Made by a program: the position numbers and the translations under genes. Shown piece after piece: positions 28,158 through 37,639 of a stretch of DNA of 64,000 bases. A model generated the notes under the pieces. The model was not told the origin of the DNA. It searched no databases and saw only the letters and a program-made list of their open reading frames with translations. Numbering within the stretch: position 1 is the stretch's first letter; every line of letters starts with the position of its first letter. The stretch lies in the IMG/VR virus record IMGVR_UViG_3300025699_000004. The stretch is one strand, 5' to 3'. This stretch comes from a virus.

Positions 28158-29311
28158 TTTTCAGCGGCCTGATCTTCGCATTCAGAACCATCATCGCAGC
28201 ATGTTGTAGTTTCATAATCATTTGCAGACCCTTCAAATTTTTGAATAAAACAACTAGATATGTCACTTGGAGCCTCTGCGGATATAGGCGTAGACTTTTT
28301 TAATTCTGTATTAGTGTTGCACTCTATTTCGCAAGATGGATAAACCCCCAGTATTGAATTTACAACACCTAGTGTGTCATCCAATAATTCTTTGCCTTTT
28401 GTTAAAATTAGGTTAGTGTAATTACTGCTATGAACCATTGCTTTTGCACTATGAGAACTTCGGCCTTCATCATATCTTACCATATCCCTTAATCCATATT
28501 GACTTGTTTCATCAAGAATCCTAATTGTGGCCCTCGGGTCCTTTATTCTTTCATTAGTTAAGGTCCTTCTAATCATATTAGATTTCTCTAAAGTTTTTCT
28601 ATCTCTTGCGCTTAATTTACTTAAAGTGCTCAAATCACTAGAGGTAACTTCAAAAAATTCGATGTTATCCTGATTAAGCGAGTCGATGTTTTCAATGTAC
28701 TCCAAGCCAACTGGTTGTTTTCCGTTTTTAGTATATTCCTTCAAGGATGTCATTGAGGATGAAGCCCCTTCATTAAGATGAGGATGCTTATCTTTACGGA
28801 AGTTGCTATTCCAACGCTTTATTCCATTATATTCTATGATTGTTTCTTCAATGTCTCTTTCGTAAATATAAGAAGACACAAGCCTTCCGTTAAAAACTCT
28901 TTTTACTAACACAGGAAGGTTCATTGGCCTTCCCTTTATTATCATAATTTCATTATAAGCTATAGCTTTTTTATTTGTTGCTGATTCATAAGCGGTCAAT
29001 TTTAAATTCACATAAAAAACTTCACCCTCCCTCATGTTTTTGATTAAAAAATAAGGATTTTTTTTTGTAGTCTTGAATCCTGGGTTTACATTTAACAAAC
29101 CTTCGTCGCCCCCACTATAATATTGTATGATAGCATTTGATCTAAATTTATAAGATTCAGAGAAGGAACTTCTTGTTTTCTCAAATTCCCATTCTACATT
29201 ATCAGGAACAAACCCCCTATATTTAAACCTAGGCACATAAGGGCATGCAGATGCATCAGGGCACCTTAGCAAAGACTGATCGAATTTTATTTCTGGTATT
29301 TTTTCGCTCAT
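28154..29311 (-). CDS. Hypothetical protein
   Basis: Start placed at ATG 29311 (MSEKIPEIK), 1 nt after the upstream stop; the track extends to 29350. Cys clusters at both ends. Confidence 0.75.
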   Translation of the reverse strand: MSEKIPEIKFDQSLLRCPDASACPYVPRFKYRGFVPDNVEWEFEKTRSSFSESYKFRSNAIIQYYSGGDEGLLNVNPGFKTTKKNPYFLIKNMREGEVFYVNLKLTAYESATNKKAIAYNEIMIIKGRPMNLPVLVKRVFNGRLVSSYIYERDIEETIIEYNGIKRWNSNFRKDKHPHLNEGASSSMTSLKEYTKNGKQPVGLEYIENIDSLNQDNIEFFEVTSSDLSTLSKLSARDRKTLEKSNMIRRTLTNERIKDPRATIRILDETSQYGLRDMVRYDEGRSSHSAKAMVHSSNYTNLILTKGKELLDDTLGVVNSILGVYPSCEIECNTNTELKKSTPISAEAPSDISSCFIQKFEGSANDYETTTCCDDGSECEDQAAEN

Positions 29312-29312
29312 T

Positions 29313-30827
29313 TTAGTATTTAATCTCCCATCCCATGTCAACAAAGGCATCTATAAGCTCAATTAAATTTTGATCGTAAATTATAGGAGGGGTTTGATCT
29401 CTTAGATCTAAATATCCAGTATACCCATTGTCTATACTAGTCAGTATATTCAAAACTCCCGTAGCATCAAGCTTATTATTACTTATGTTTAAATTTTGTA
29501 TTTTATTATCTTCATCTAGACCTGGCGCATAATAATAAGGCACTGAAGAAGGGTTTTCTACCCACATAGCGTACCCTAATGTATTAAGGCCAGTTATCGA
29601 GCAATCCTGCAAGAATAATCCAGTTAGGTTTTTCGTAAAAGATTCTATATTAAAATGTGTTAAATTTGAGCAGCCAGATAAATCAATTGATTTTACATAT
29701 TCGGTTGTTGGGAAGTCGTTTTCCTTAATATTAAAACTTTTTAAATTTAATTCGTTATTTATTTTTATAGAACTCAAATTCAAGTAATTAGATCCAGTAA
29801 ACATATTTGACCCCCCCCCAAGATAGAAGTAATCAACATTAAAAGAATTATTACCTTGCAGATCTATGTTTATGTCTAAATTGCCAAACCCAATAGAAGT
29901 ATGCACTGAAACATTTCTCGTGGGAACAACTCCAGTTATATAGATCTCTTCATTTTTATCTCCCAAGATGTCTCCTTGCACTAATGGCAGTAATCCCGAA
30001 TAAACATTACCGATATCTATCGAAAAAGGCTGTATGATTGTATCTTCTGGAGTTGCAGGATAATCAATGACTGTGGAATAATTTTTAGATGTAGGGTTTA
30101 AATCTTTCCACTCAGTAGTTCCAGATAAACTATAAGCACCTATACTTAGGTCGTATATTCTGTAAACCCCCTTGTATTGCCACTTTTGACTGAATGTATG
30201 ATCTAACTCGGAGAAATTAATACCATAATTAAAGATGGCTCTGCTTGGGGTTTCGAATTTTAAAGACTGAAGAGAAGGGAATCCTACCCCTCCAGGGCTA
30301 TCAACTTGTAATGTTGCATTTATTTCGTTTTCATCAAAATTTTCAGAGACTTGTATTTGGTTTTTTGCCCCATTAGTTTTAGCTATAAAATTATATGGCC
30401 CAAAACTCTTATCAGACAAAGAGCCTACATTGGTTACATAAAAATCTGACCCAAGATCTTCTCTAAATATTTGATTTAAATCTGTGCTATTTAAGTAATA
30501 AGGTATTTTTCTTGTCTCAGACCCATTATAATTTAGCTTGTAATAGCCTGTATACGGGTGATCGGCGACAGTTAAATCTACATCCGCTTCAAATTCAGAT
30601 ATATTCTCTGGAGGCTCTATTGTTCCATCCATGTTGAAATCGTGAGGCACGTCAAATTGTTTAGATAATGTTTTGGCTATTCTATTAAAACTGTTTTGAA
30701 CATCCCTTATCGAAAATGCATCTCCAGTCGAAGTCCAACCCCTGAAGTGATTTATGGTTCCCCCTCCTAACTGAAGATTTCCACCCCCAAATCTAATTTT
30801 TTTAACTGGATTACGTTTCTTAGCCAT
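29313..30827 (-). CDS. Protein with C-terminal leucine-rich repeats
   Basis: LNLKSFNIKEN, VKSIDLSGCSNLTHFNI, LTGLFLQDCSITGL, IQNLNISNNKLD. Confidence 0.7.
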   Translation of the reverse strand: MAKKRNPVKKIRFGGGNLQLGGGTINHFRGWTSTGDAFSIRDVQNSFNRIAKTLSKQFDVPHDFNMDGTIEPPENISEFEADVDLTVADHPYTGYYKLNYNGSETRKIPYYLNSTDLNQIFREDLGSDFYVTNVGSLSDKSFGPYNFIAKTNGAKNQIQVSENFDENEINATLQVDSPGGVGFPSLQSLKFETPSRAIFNYGINFSELDHTFSQKWQYKGVYRIYDLSIGAYSLSGTTEWKDLNPTSKNYSTVIDYPATPEDTIIQPFSIDIGNVYSGLLPLVQGDILGDKNEEIYITGVVPTRNVSVHTSIGFGNLDINIDLQGNNSFNVDYFYLGGGSNMFTGSNYLNLSSIKINNELNLKSFNIKENDFPTTEYVKSIDLSGCSNLTHFNIESFTKNLTGLFLQDCSITGLNTLGYAMWVENPSSVPYYYAPGLDEDNKIQNLNISNNKLDATGVLNILTSIDNGYTGYLDLRDQTPPIIYDQNLIELIDAFVDMGWEIKY

Positions 30828-30850
30828 ATATTATTTTCCTTTATTCGTAT

Positions 30851-30885
30851 TACACGTATTTTCTTAATATGTGTATATATAATAT
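30851..30885. promoter_or_regulatory. Back-to-back GTGTA putative late-promoter motifs
   Basis: Minus GTGTAATACG (30855->30851) upstream of 30827; plus GTGTATATAT (from 30871) 10 nt before GTG 30886. Confidence 0.45.
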
Positions 30886-32034
30886 GTGAGTAAAAGCATA
30901 TTGAGATACGGTTCAGCTAGGTTATTTGCGTCTTCTCATAAAAACCCAGGAAGTATAGACGCCTTAAGTTTAATTTTTGATGTGGAATTCGGATTTTCTT
31001 TGCCCAGGAAATCTAATAAGTCGATTGGATATTCATCAATTACTAAAGATATTATATCTTCTCCAAAGCCTTACATATCATTCTCTTATTACTTATCAGA
31101 TATCGATAACGAAAGTTATTTTAGAATACCCGTCACATCTGCCCAAAGTATAACATTAGGTCAACCAATGTTATCTCAAATAGAGCCTTTTGATCTAGCT
31201 TTTGCAACAGACGAAGAAGGATCTGATTTCAATTTAAAGAAAAATTATTCAGAAGTATCTATATGTGTTATAAAAAATGTTTATTTAGAAAATTACTCTA
31301 TGTCTCTGGATTCTTCGGGAATCACAATTGTCAATGTCTCCTTCTCAGGTGACGATATTTTATTTAAAACATTTAAAAATTTAACTGAATATAAAATATT
31401 AACTTATGATTTGTCCGATGTGCAGGCAACAAATGAAACTGATTTTGTAATAAACGATGAAATATTAGAGCCTAATAGAAATATTGGTGGCGCTAAAATA
31501 ATAAATCGAGTCGATAATTTTAATTTTTCCCTTAGTATACCATATATAGAATTATCTGACTTTGGCCAGATATCACACAAAAGAAAAGTTAATTTTCCTG
31601 TAGCAGGTTCTTTGGATTTAAGCGCCTGGGTTAACCCTATGATGGAGGGAGAGTTAAGGAATATATTATGCAACGATGTTTCGAATGATTTCATGATTAC
31701 ATTTAAAAGAAGAGACTGCCCTGGTTTAATTTACAACGATAAAGCGGCGATGTTATTCAAAGGCTCTAGATTAATATCTCAAAAATACAAACAATCAATA
31801 AACAACTTATTAAAAGTTGACTTATCATTTGATATATATACAGATAGGAATTGCGGAATATATTTCACTCAACATATTGGAGTAAGCGAGCCTTTTGGTT
31901 TGGAGGAAAATAATAATTTCGGAATATTGCTTGAGAACGGTTCTGGCGGATTCTTAATGCAGGATGCTATACTAGACATGCTAACCTCTCTGACTAAATT
32001 TAAAGACGAAAAAGCTTGTCCAGTACCTAATTAA
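30886..32034 (+). CDS. Paralog of the major tail tube protein
   Basis: By-eye alignment to 61836..63398: FSYYLSDIDNE vs FTYYPTDGFNE; NFNFSLSIP...RKVNFPV vs NFSLSLP...RVVDFPV; FKGSRL...VDLSF vs FKGARI...VDLSF. Confidence 0.75.
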   Translation: MSKSILRYGSARLFASSHKNPGSIDALSLIFDVEFGFSLPRKSNKSIGYSSITKDIISSPKPYISFSYYLSDIDNESYFRIPVTSAQSITLGQPMLSQIEPFDLAFATDEEGSDFNLKKNYSEVSICVIKNVYLENYSMSLDSSGITIVNVSFSGDDILFKTFKNLTEYKILTYDLSDVQATNETDFVINDEILEPNRNIGGAKIINRVDNFNFSLSIPYIELSDFGQISHKRKVNFPVAGSLDLSAWVNPMMEGELRNILCNDVSNDFMITFKRRDCPGLIYNDKAAMLFKGSRLISQKYKQSINNLLKVDLSFDIYTDRNCGIYFTQHIGVSEPFGLEENNNFGILLENGSGGFLMQDAILDMLTSLTKFKDEKACPVPN

Positions 32035-32036
32035 TT

Positions 32037-32051
32037 GTGTAATTTCAGTAA
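32037..32051 (+). promoter_or_regulatory. GTGTA putative late-promoter motif
   Basis: GTGTAATTTCAGTAA with GTG start at 32052, exactly 10 nt after GTGTA. Confidence 0.45.
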
Positions 32052-34727
32052 GTGTCTAATAAAAAAATATCAGATTTACAAAAACTCGACATTCCATCGA
32101 ATGACGACCTTTTTGTTTATGCAAGAGAAGATCAGTCTAATTTTAAGATAGAATTCGTTGACCTAGCTCAGGTCTCTGCAGAAAGCGCGAATTCTGTTTT
32201 TGTAACTGGAGATCAATTAATATTAGGCAACAAAACTTTTGCAAACCCTATATTAGGAAATTTAGATGGAAACATTAGTGGTAATGCAGAAACGGTCACG
32301 AACGGAGTATACCTCATTGGAGATCAAACTATTTCAGGTGTTAAAACTTTTGACTCGCCTATTGTTGGCAACCTAGACGGAAGCATCAGTGGTAATGCTG
32401 AATCTGTAACTCATGGGGTTTATGTTACGGGTAATCAAATCATATCGGGAGTTAAAATTTTTGACTCGCCAATCGTTGGCAATCTAGATGGAAACATCAG
32501 CGGTAATGCTGAAACAGTTACTCATGGAGTTTACCTAACAGGCAACCAGTTTATATCTGGAATCAAGACTTTCGAATTGCCAATCGTTGGCAATCTAGAT
32601 GGAAACATCAGCGGTAATGCTGAAACAGTTACTCATGGAGTTTACCTAACAGGCAACCAGTTTATCTCTGGAATCAAGACTTTCGAATTGCCAATCGTTG
32701 GCAACCTAGACGGAAACATCAGTGGTAATGCTGAAACGGTTACTCATGGAGTTTACCTAACGGGCAACCAGTTTATCTCTGGAATCAAGACTTTCGAATT
32801 GCCAATCGTTGGCAATCTAGACGGAAGCATCAGTGGTAATGCTGAAACAGTTACTCACGGGGTTTACGTTACGGGCGATCAAGTGGTATCTGGGATCAAG
32901 AATTATTCGGGTCAATTATTAGTAAGTGGTCATAATGTTATTACAGAGCATACTATTTACGATTTCTCAACTGGAGTTTCTTTAGTTCTCGCAGATATTG
33001 ATCAATTAGCTAGCGGAAAAAAAACCTTTCTAGACCAGATAAAACCCTCTGGGCACATAGTAACAGCTAATGAATCAGGAAGTTTAGTTATAACTAACGA
33101 CCCTAACCCTAATCAGTATGCTAAAAATAATGCATTAACCCTAGGGTTTGAGAGCGGCGTATTCGTTACTGGATCGAAACTATACGTTGATCAAGGAATA
33201 GTAACCGACGAGATTGAGTCTCTTGATAATATCATAGGAGATTCAGGAGCTATGGTTATAACTGATGGACGAGACCCTGATCTCTTCGAAGGTCCTGATG
33301 AATCGTTAACTTTAGCATTCAAAAGCGGTGTATTCGTTACTGGATCGAAACTATACGTTGATCAAGGAATAGTAACCGACGAGATTGAGTCTCTTGATAA
33401 TATCATAGGAGATTCAGGAGCTATGGTTATAACTGATGGACGAGACCCTGATCTCTTCGAAGGTCCTGATGAATCGTTAACTTTAGCATTCAAAAGCGGT
33501 GTATTCGTTACTGGATCGAAACTATACGTTGAGCAAGGAATAGTAACTGACGAGATTGAGTCTCTTGATAATATCATAGGAGATTCAGGAGCTATGGTTA
33601 TAACTGATGGACGAGACCCTGATCTCTTCGAAGGTCCTGATGAATCGTTAACTTTAGCATTCAGAAGCGGCGTATTCGTTACTGGATCGAAACTATACGT
33701 TGAGCAAGGAATAGTAACTGACGAGATTGAGTCTCTTGATAATATCATAGGAGATTCGGGAGCTATGGTTATAACTGATGGACGAGACCCTGATCTCTTC
33801 GAAGGTCCTGATGAATCGTTAACTTTAGCATTCAAAAGTGGAGTTTTCATTACTGGAGCTCCTTTGTATTCAGAGTTTTCAATAATCGGTAATTTAAGTG
33901 GGAATATAAGCGGCAATGCCGAGACTGTTACTCACGGAGTTTATGTTACGGGCGACCAGGTAATTTCTGGAATTAAGACTTTTGACTCTTCAATTCTTGG
34001 GAATCTAGATGGGGATATCAGCGGTAATGCTGAGACGGTAACCTCTGGAGTTTATGTTTCTGGAGACCAAATCATATCTGGACTTAAAACTTTTGATTCA
34101 TCAATCGTTGGTAATTTAAGTGGAAATATAAGTGGTAATGCTGAGACAGTTACCGATGGAGTTTATACGACAGGAGACCAATCAATTTTTGGACATAAAA
34201 CATTCAAGGGGGATGTTACTATAGAGGGGAATCTTGATGCTACATCTATAGTAAATTTAAAATTATCTGATTATGTTCATATATATTTTAATGATAATGA
34301 TTCAGGTAAAACAATATATTTACCACTTCACCCAGGAGAATCAGCTACGAAAGAAAGAGCCACTGCATTAACTCAATCTTCTCACATAATAGTGGCTCCT
34401 CAAGACGGAAGAATAGTAAGAGCTCTATGCCGACCCAGGGCTCAAAAAGGAATAGCAACTAAATCTAGAGATTTTGAATTCAACATACTTACTGGAGTTC
34501 AAAATCAAGCGGTTGATGGAGATCCCACCGATATCGGTATTATAGAGACTACCCCGCTACAAACTATACCCGTAAACCCAAATCAAACTTATAATTTTGA
34601 ATTTTCTCAACTTCAACATTTTTCAAGTGGCGATGCATTCTTAATTTCTATTAACAGGCCCTCTGCTTCAGAAGGAGATACTCAATGCCACATCAATGTA
34701 ACTATGGAATTTCAATATTTCATTTAA
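32052..34727 (+). CDS. Repeat-rich tail fibre-like protein
   Basis: N-terminal KKISDL..L, fibre-like GDQxISGxKTF repeats, a C-terminal beta-rich head, and nested 37-aa and 57-aa repeat arrays. Confidence 0.75.
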   Translation: MSNKKISDLQKLDIPSNDDLFVYAREDQSNFKIEFVDLAQVSAESANSVFVTGDQLILGNKTFANPILGNLDGNISGNAETVTNGVYLIGDQTISGVKTFDSPIVGNLDGSISGNAESVTHGVYVTGNQIISGVKIFDSPIVGNLDGNISGNAETVTHGVYLTGNQFISGIKTFELPIVGNLDGNISGNAETVTHGVYLTGNQFISGIKTFELPIVGNLDGNISGNAETVTHGVYLTGNQFISGIKTFELPIVGNLDGSISGNAETVTHGVYVTGDQVVSGIKNYSGQLLVSGHNVITEHTIYDFSTGVSLVLADIDQLASGKKTFLDQIKPSGHIVTANESGSLVITNDPNPNQYAKNNALTLGFESGVFVTGSKLYVDQGIVTDEIESLDNIIGDSGAMVITDGRDPDLFEGPDESLTLAFKSGVFVTGSKLYVDQGIVTDEIESLDNIIGDSGAMVITDGRDPDLFEGPDESLTLAFKSGVFVTGSKLYVEQGIVTDEIESLDNIIGDSGAMVITDGRDPDLFEGPDESLTLAFRSGVFVTGSKLYVEQGIVTDEIESLDNIIGDSGAMVITDGRDPDLFEGPDESLTLAFKSGVFITGAPLYSEFSIIGNLSGNISGNAETVTHGVYVTGDQVISGIKTFDSSILGNLDGDISGNAETVTSGVYVSGDQIISGLKTFDSSIVGNLSGNISGNAETVTDGVYTTGDQSIFGHKTFKGDVTIEGNLDATSIVNLKLSDYVHIYFNDNDSGKTIYLPLHPGESATKERATALTQSSHIIVAPQDGRIVRALCRPRAQKGIATKSRDFEFNILTGVQNQAVDGDPTDIGIIETTPLQTIPVNPNQTYNFEFSQLQHFSSGDAFLISINRPSASEGDTQCHINVTMEFQYFI
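32256..32921 (+). repeat. Six tandem 111-nt (37-aa) repeats, block A1
   Basis: The ggtaatgc anchor recurs at 32280, 32391, 32502, 32613, 32724 and 32835; unit GNLDGNISGNAETVTHGVYLTGNQFISGIKTFELPIV. Confidence 0.95.
33189..33872 (+). repeat. Four near-identical tandem 171-nt (57-aa) repeats, block B
   Basis: Units start at 33189, 33360, 33531 and 33702. One diverged copy precedes them. Confidence 0.95.
33888..34220 (+). repeat. Three tandem 111-nt (37-aa) repeats, block A2
   Basis: Anchors at 33912, 34023 and 34134; same unit as block A1. Confidence 0.9.
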
Positions 34728-34742
34728 AACCAGGAAATAATA

Positions 34743-35864
34743 ATGTCAAATAATGTAACAGTAAAAAAAACCTCTTCATTTATTAGTGATTTTGATGCTC
34801 TTGAACGTCGGTTCAACCGTCTTAGTGGAAAGATACAAGCTGCAGAAGACAGAGCGAAAGCCTTAAACGACAGAAACATCAGTAGTTACGATAGTAAAGC
34901 TCAAGTTTGCAAAAAAAAGCTGTATGGAGAATTACAAGGAACTTCAGTCGTAGCTCCAAGAACTCCTGACCTGAGATATAAATACAAGGTTGATGAGCTC
35001 AAGCAACAACAAGTAGACTTTACAGCTCATCAAGAGATAATCACAAGGAAAAAACTTGACTCAAATTTTAATCAGATAGGAAACGCTGATAAAGTTTACG
35101 GTGCGGTAAAAGTAACTGGTTTAGTAAAACAAATAAAGCGGGTCACACAGATTCGAGAAACAGTGACTTTATCAAAAAAAGAAAAATGTTTCGAAGTCAA
35201 AGGGGGGCAATTCACTACTATACGAAATAGCAAAGGAGATATTTTAACTGGAGATGCAAAGCAAAAAGTACTCCAGCAGTTTAATGCAAACCCATCATCG
35301 TTTATTCAAAACAAAACCGAGGCGATAGAGGCGGCTGAAGTAAACTTCGCAAGGATCCCCGTACATTACACAAAAAGATTCACGGGCGACTACGGAGATG
35401 TTTCTATTCTAGGTGGATACAGTGTAATGTCAGGAACTGTTAAGGAATACAATAGGACTAGTGGAATTTCCCTTGGTAACGCCCACTTCTTACAGAGCCA
35501 AACCACAGGCCCGAGAAGTGTGGTGACTGAAGATCTTATTGTCGATAAAGCTAGGCAGACTCAGGTAGTAAATCAGAGCACTCGAGGTTTAAGCGGAAAA
35601 GCTCTAGATCTAGGGCTTGCCTACAAAGTTGATGTTACTGATAACTTTTCGATTGAAGCTTCAATTACTTCTAAATATATTTTAGATTCTAGCGATTCTT
35701 TTATCAAAGAAGATTCTTTCATGGGTACAAGTGCAAAACTTGCAATGAACCTTCATAACTTCACCAAGTCTTTATCCTTTGGAGTGGAAACGCAGTTCAA
35801 CTTCGCAGACCAACTTAGAGATAGCAGCGAAGAATACCGCGCTAATCTGCTTTGGACGTTTTAA
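34743..35864 (+). CDS. Hypothetical protein with a putative C-terminal outer-membrane-type beta-barrel
   Basis: AGGA SD upstream; alternating amphipathic strands; ends EEYRANLLWTF; no N-terminal signal peptide visible. Confidence 0.55.
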   Translation: MSNNVTVKKTSSFISDFDALERRFNRLSGKIQAAEDRAKALNDRNISSYDSKAQVCKKKLYGELQGTSVVAPRTPDLRYKYKVDELKQQQVDFTAHQEIITRKKLDSNFNQIGNADKVYGAVKVTGLVKQIKRVTQIRETVTLSKKEKCFEVKGGQFTTIRNSKGDILTGDAKQKVLQQFNANPSSFIQNKTEAIEAAEVNFARIPVHYTKRFTGDYGDVSILGGYSVMSGTVKEYNRTSGISLGNAHFLQSQTTGPRSVVTEDLIVDKARQTQVVNQSTRGLSGKALDLGLAYKVDVTDNFSIEASITSKYILDSSDSFIKEDSFMGTSAKLAMNLHNFTKSLSFGVETQFNFADQLRDSSEEYRANLLWTF

Positions 35865-37465
35865 TTCTTAGCCATTAAAATTAACTGATATCTCATATCT
35901 GCAAATTTAAAATTAGGGCTTTTCTCGTAAGACAAAGTTGATAAGGCCACGCTAAATACATCTCCAGGCGCAATAACCTCGTCTGTTTCCCATAAAGTTA
36001 AATAATGATCTGCTGTATTTGGTCGTGGAAAAGGATCGTCAAATCCATATTGTGCTAAACAAAAGGGGTAAGCATTTCTAGCTAAAATTTCATCATTATC
36101 CTCCTGAAAACCCGCTCCAGTATCCTCTTTTAGTCCAACAGAACATCTTGTCAATTTTGGGCTGTCTCTATTTAATACAGGTACAGGAAGTCGTCCTGCA
36201 TTTGCTCTCGCACTTAACGCTCCAATATCATTTCCGTAACAAGGCCAAGCGGCAGAGCTTTTTCTAAGATTTGCTCCAAACCCTCTGACATCGTAAAGAA
36301 ACACCTGCGTTGTTCCTTGTTGCTGATATTCACTTGAAAACATACTATATTGATCAAGTCGCCCTGGCGTATCATGGACTGAGTCTCCATCAAAATCCCA
36401 CCATCCATTGAACGTAGTATCCTGTGATCCTGGAAAAACGTCTAGGAATCGACTAAATAAAGGATGTTCTAATGGCCAATAATTACCTTCAGATACACCG
36501 TTTTTAGTGGTATCTCTAAAAACATTATTTACAACATTTCCATTAACCAGAGCATCTTTTACACAAAATAATCCCCAAGTTGCATTGTTGCCTTGGCCCT
36601 GCACTCCAGCAGCTCTGTAATCTCTACCTCGTATAGCTAATTGATTACTTGTAGAAACAGCACAGTCATCAACATCTGGAGATCCACACGCTATGTCTAT
36701 AGAAAAGGTGGCTGCCGTAAAATTAGCTACAGTACTATCCGTCGTTGCCGTGGTGATGCTATCTATACTAGTTATATTTAATCTATTTGCACCTTGAACT
36801 ACAACAAAATTAGGTAACAAGTAAGTTCTTATATCTACATTTGCAAAGGTTAAAGTAGTTCCCGCTTTAGCTACCGTTGCAGTAGCGGGTAAAGTGCTAT
36901 TTGCACTAGTTATATTAACAAATCTCCTGCCCGCATGATTTGATTCCCTCGGTCTTTGTAATACATTATTTTTATAAACCGAAAAACTTTTAAAATCAAA
37001 TGATTCAACTAGATTATCTTCCGCAGTACCGCCTCCCACTAAATTAGTAGTAAAAGTAGGCCTTCCTGCTGCATAACCAAATTCAGTTCTCAAAATTAAT
37101 CGACATCCATTATAAGGAATTCCAGCATGAGTAACACTAATTCTATTACTGTCATGAACTCCCATGAAAAATGTATCATTAGAATTATTTGCTATAAAAT
37201 CTGCGTATGCAGGGGTATTGGAGTATCCCTGCCTACTACCTGTAACAGCTAAATAATCAGAAATTGATGCCTGATTCGGATCTTGCGCAGTGGGCTCTGT
37301 CTGTAAGTTGTTTAGATCTTCAACGGCAGGGTGGGGGGTAAATAAGCTATCTGGATGACTGTTTGCAGTTTTACCTACAACCATTCGTTGTTGAGCTGAT
37401 GTTATATATTCCCCTGGATCTTCAAAGCCTCCTCCTCCGTTCCAATATATTTGGTCGTAAGGCAT
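35861..37465 (-). CDS. Hypothetical virion-associated protein
   Basis: 534-aa beta-rich (Gly/Thr/Asn) ORF downstream of the tail tip gene. Confidence 0.7.
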   Translation of the reverse strand: MPYDQIYWNGGGGFEDPGEYITSAQQRMVVGKTANSHPDSLFTPHPAVEDLNNLQTEPTAQDPNQASISDYLAVTGSRQGYSNTPAYADFIANNSNDTFFMGVHDSNRISVTHAGIPYNGCRLILRTEFGYAAGRPTFTTNLVGGGTAEDNLVESFDFKSFSVYKNNVLQRPRESNHAGRRFVNITSANSTLPATATVAKAGTTLTFANVDIRTYLLPNFVVVQGANRLNITSIDSITTATTDSTVANFTAATFSIDIACGSPDVDDCAVSTSNQLAIRGRDYRAAGVQGQGNNATWGLFCVKDALVNGNVVNNVFRDTTKNGVSEGNYWPLEHPLFSRFLDVFPGSQDTTFNGWWDFDGDSVHDTPGRLDQYSMFSSEYQQQGTTQVFLYDVRGFGANLRKSSAAWPCYGNDIGALSARANAGRLPVPVLNRDSPKLTRCSVGLKEDTGAGFQEDNDEILARNAYPFCLAQYGFDDPFPRPNTADHYLTLWETDEVIAPGDVFSVALSTLSYEKSPNFKFADMRYQLILMAKN

Positions 37466-37467
37466 TA

Positions 37468-37611
37468 TTATTTACTTTCTTCTTTAACCTCGTTCCTCTT
37501 TTTTAATTCTTCTTGAAATATTCTTATACTATTATCAATTTTTTGTTTCTCAATAAACAAATCATATAACAAAGCTTTAATCTCTATTCCTGATAATTCT
37601 TTTACATTCAT
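37468..37611 (-). CDS. Small coiled-coil protein (47 aa), below the ORF-track cutoff
   Basis: Read manually: MNVKELSGIEIKALLYDLFIEKQKIDNSIRIFQEELKKRNEVKEESK*; its stop abuts the next ATG (TAATAATG). Confidence 0.7.
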   Translation of the reverse strand: MNVKELSGIEIKALLYDLFIEKQKIDNSIRIFQEELKKRNEVKEESK

Positions 37612-37639
37612 AATAAATTATAAAAAATTTTTTTAAAAA

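Noticed and set aside
33362-33916. Minus-strand 184-aa repetitive ORF
   Set aside because: Antisense shadow of the 171-nt repeat array.
32256-34220. Possible CRISPR array
   Set aside because: Units are 111 and 171 nt, in-frame, contiguous and without unique spacers; no cas genes are present.
32256-34220. Possible diversity-generating retroelement template/variable repeat pair
   Set aside because: Differences between copies are mostly synonymous and not adenine-specific, and no reverse transcriptase is in the window.
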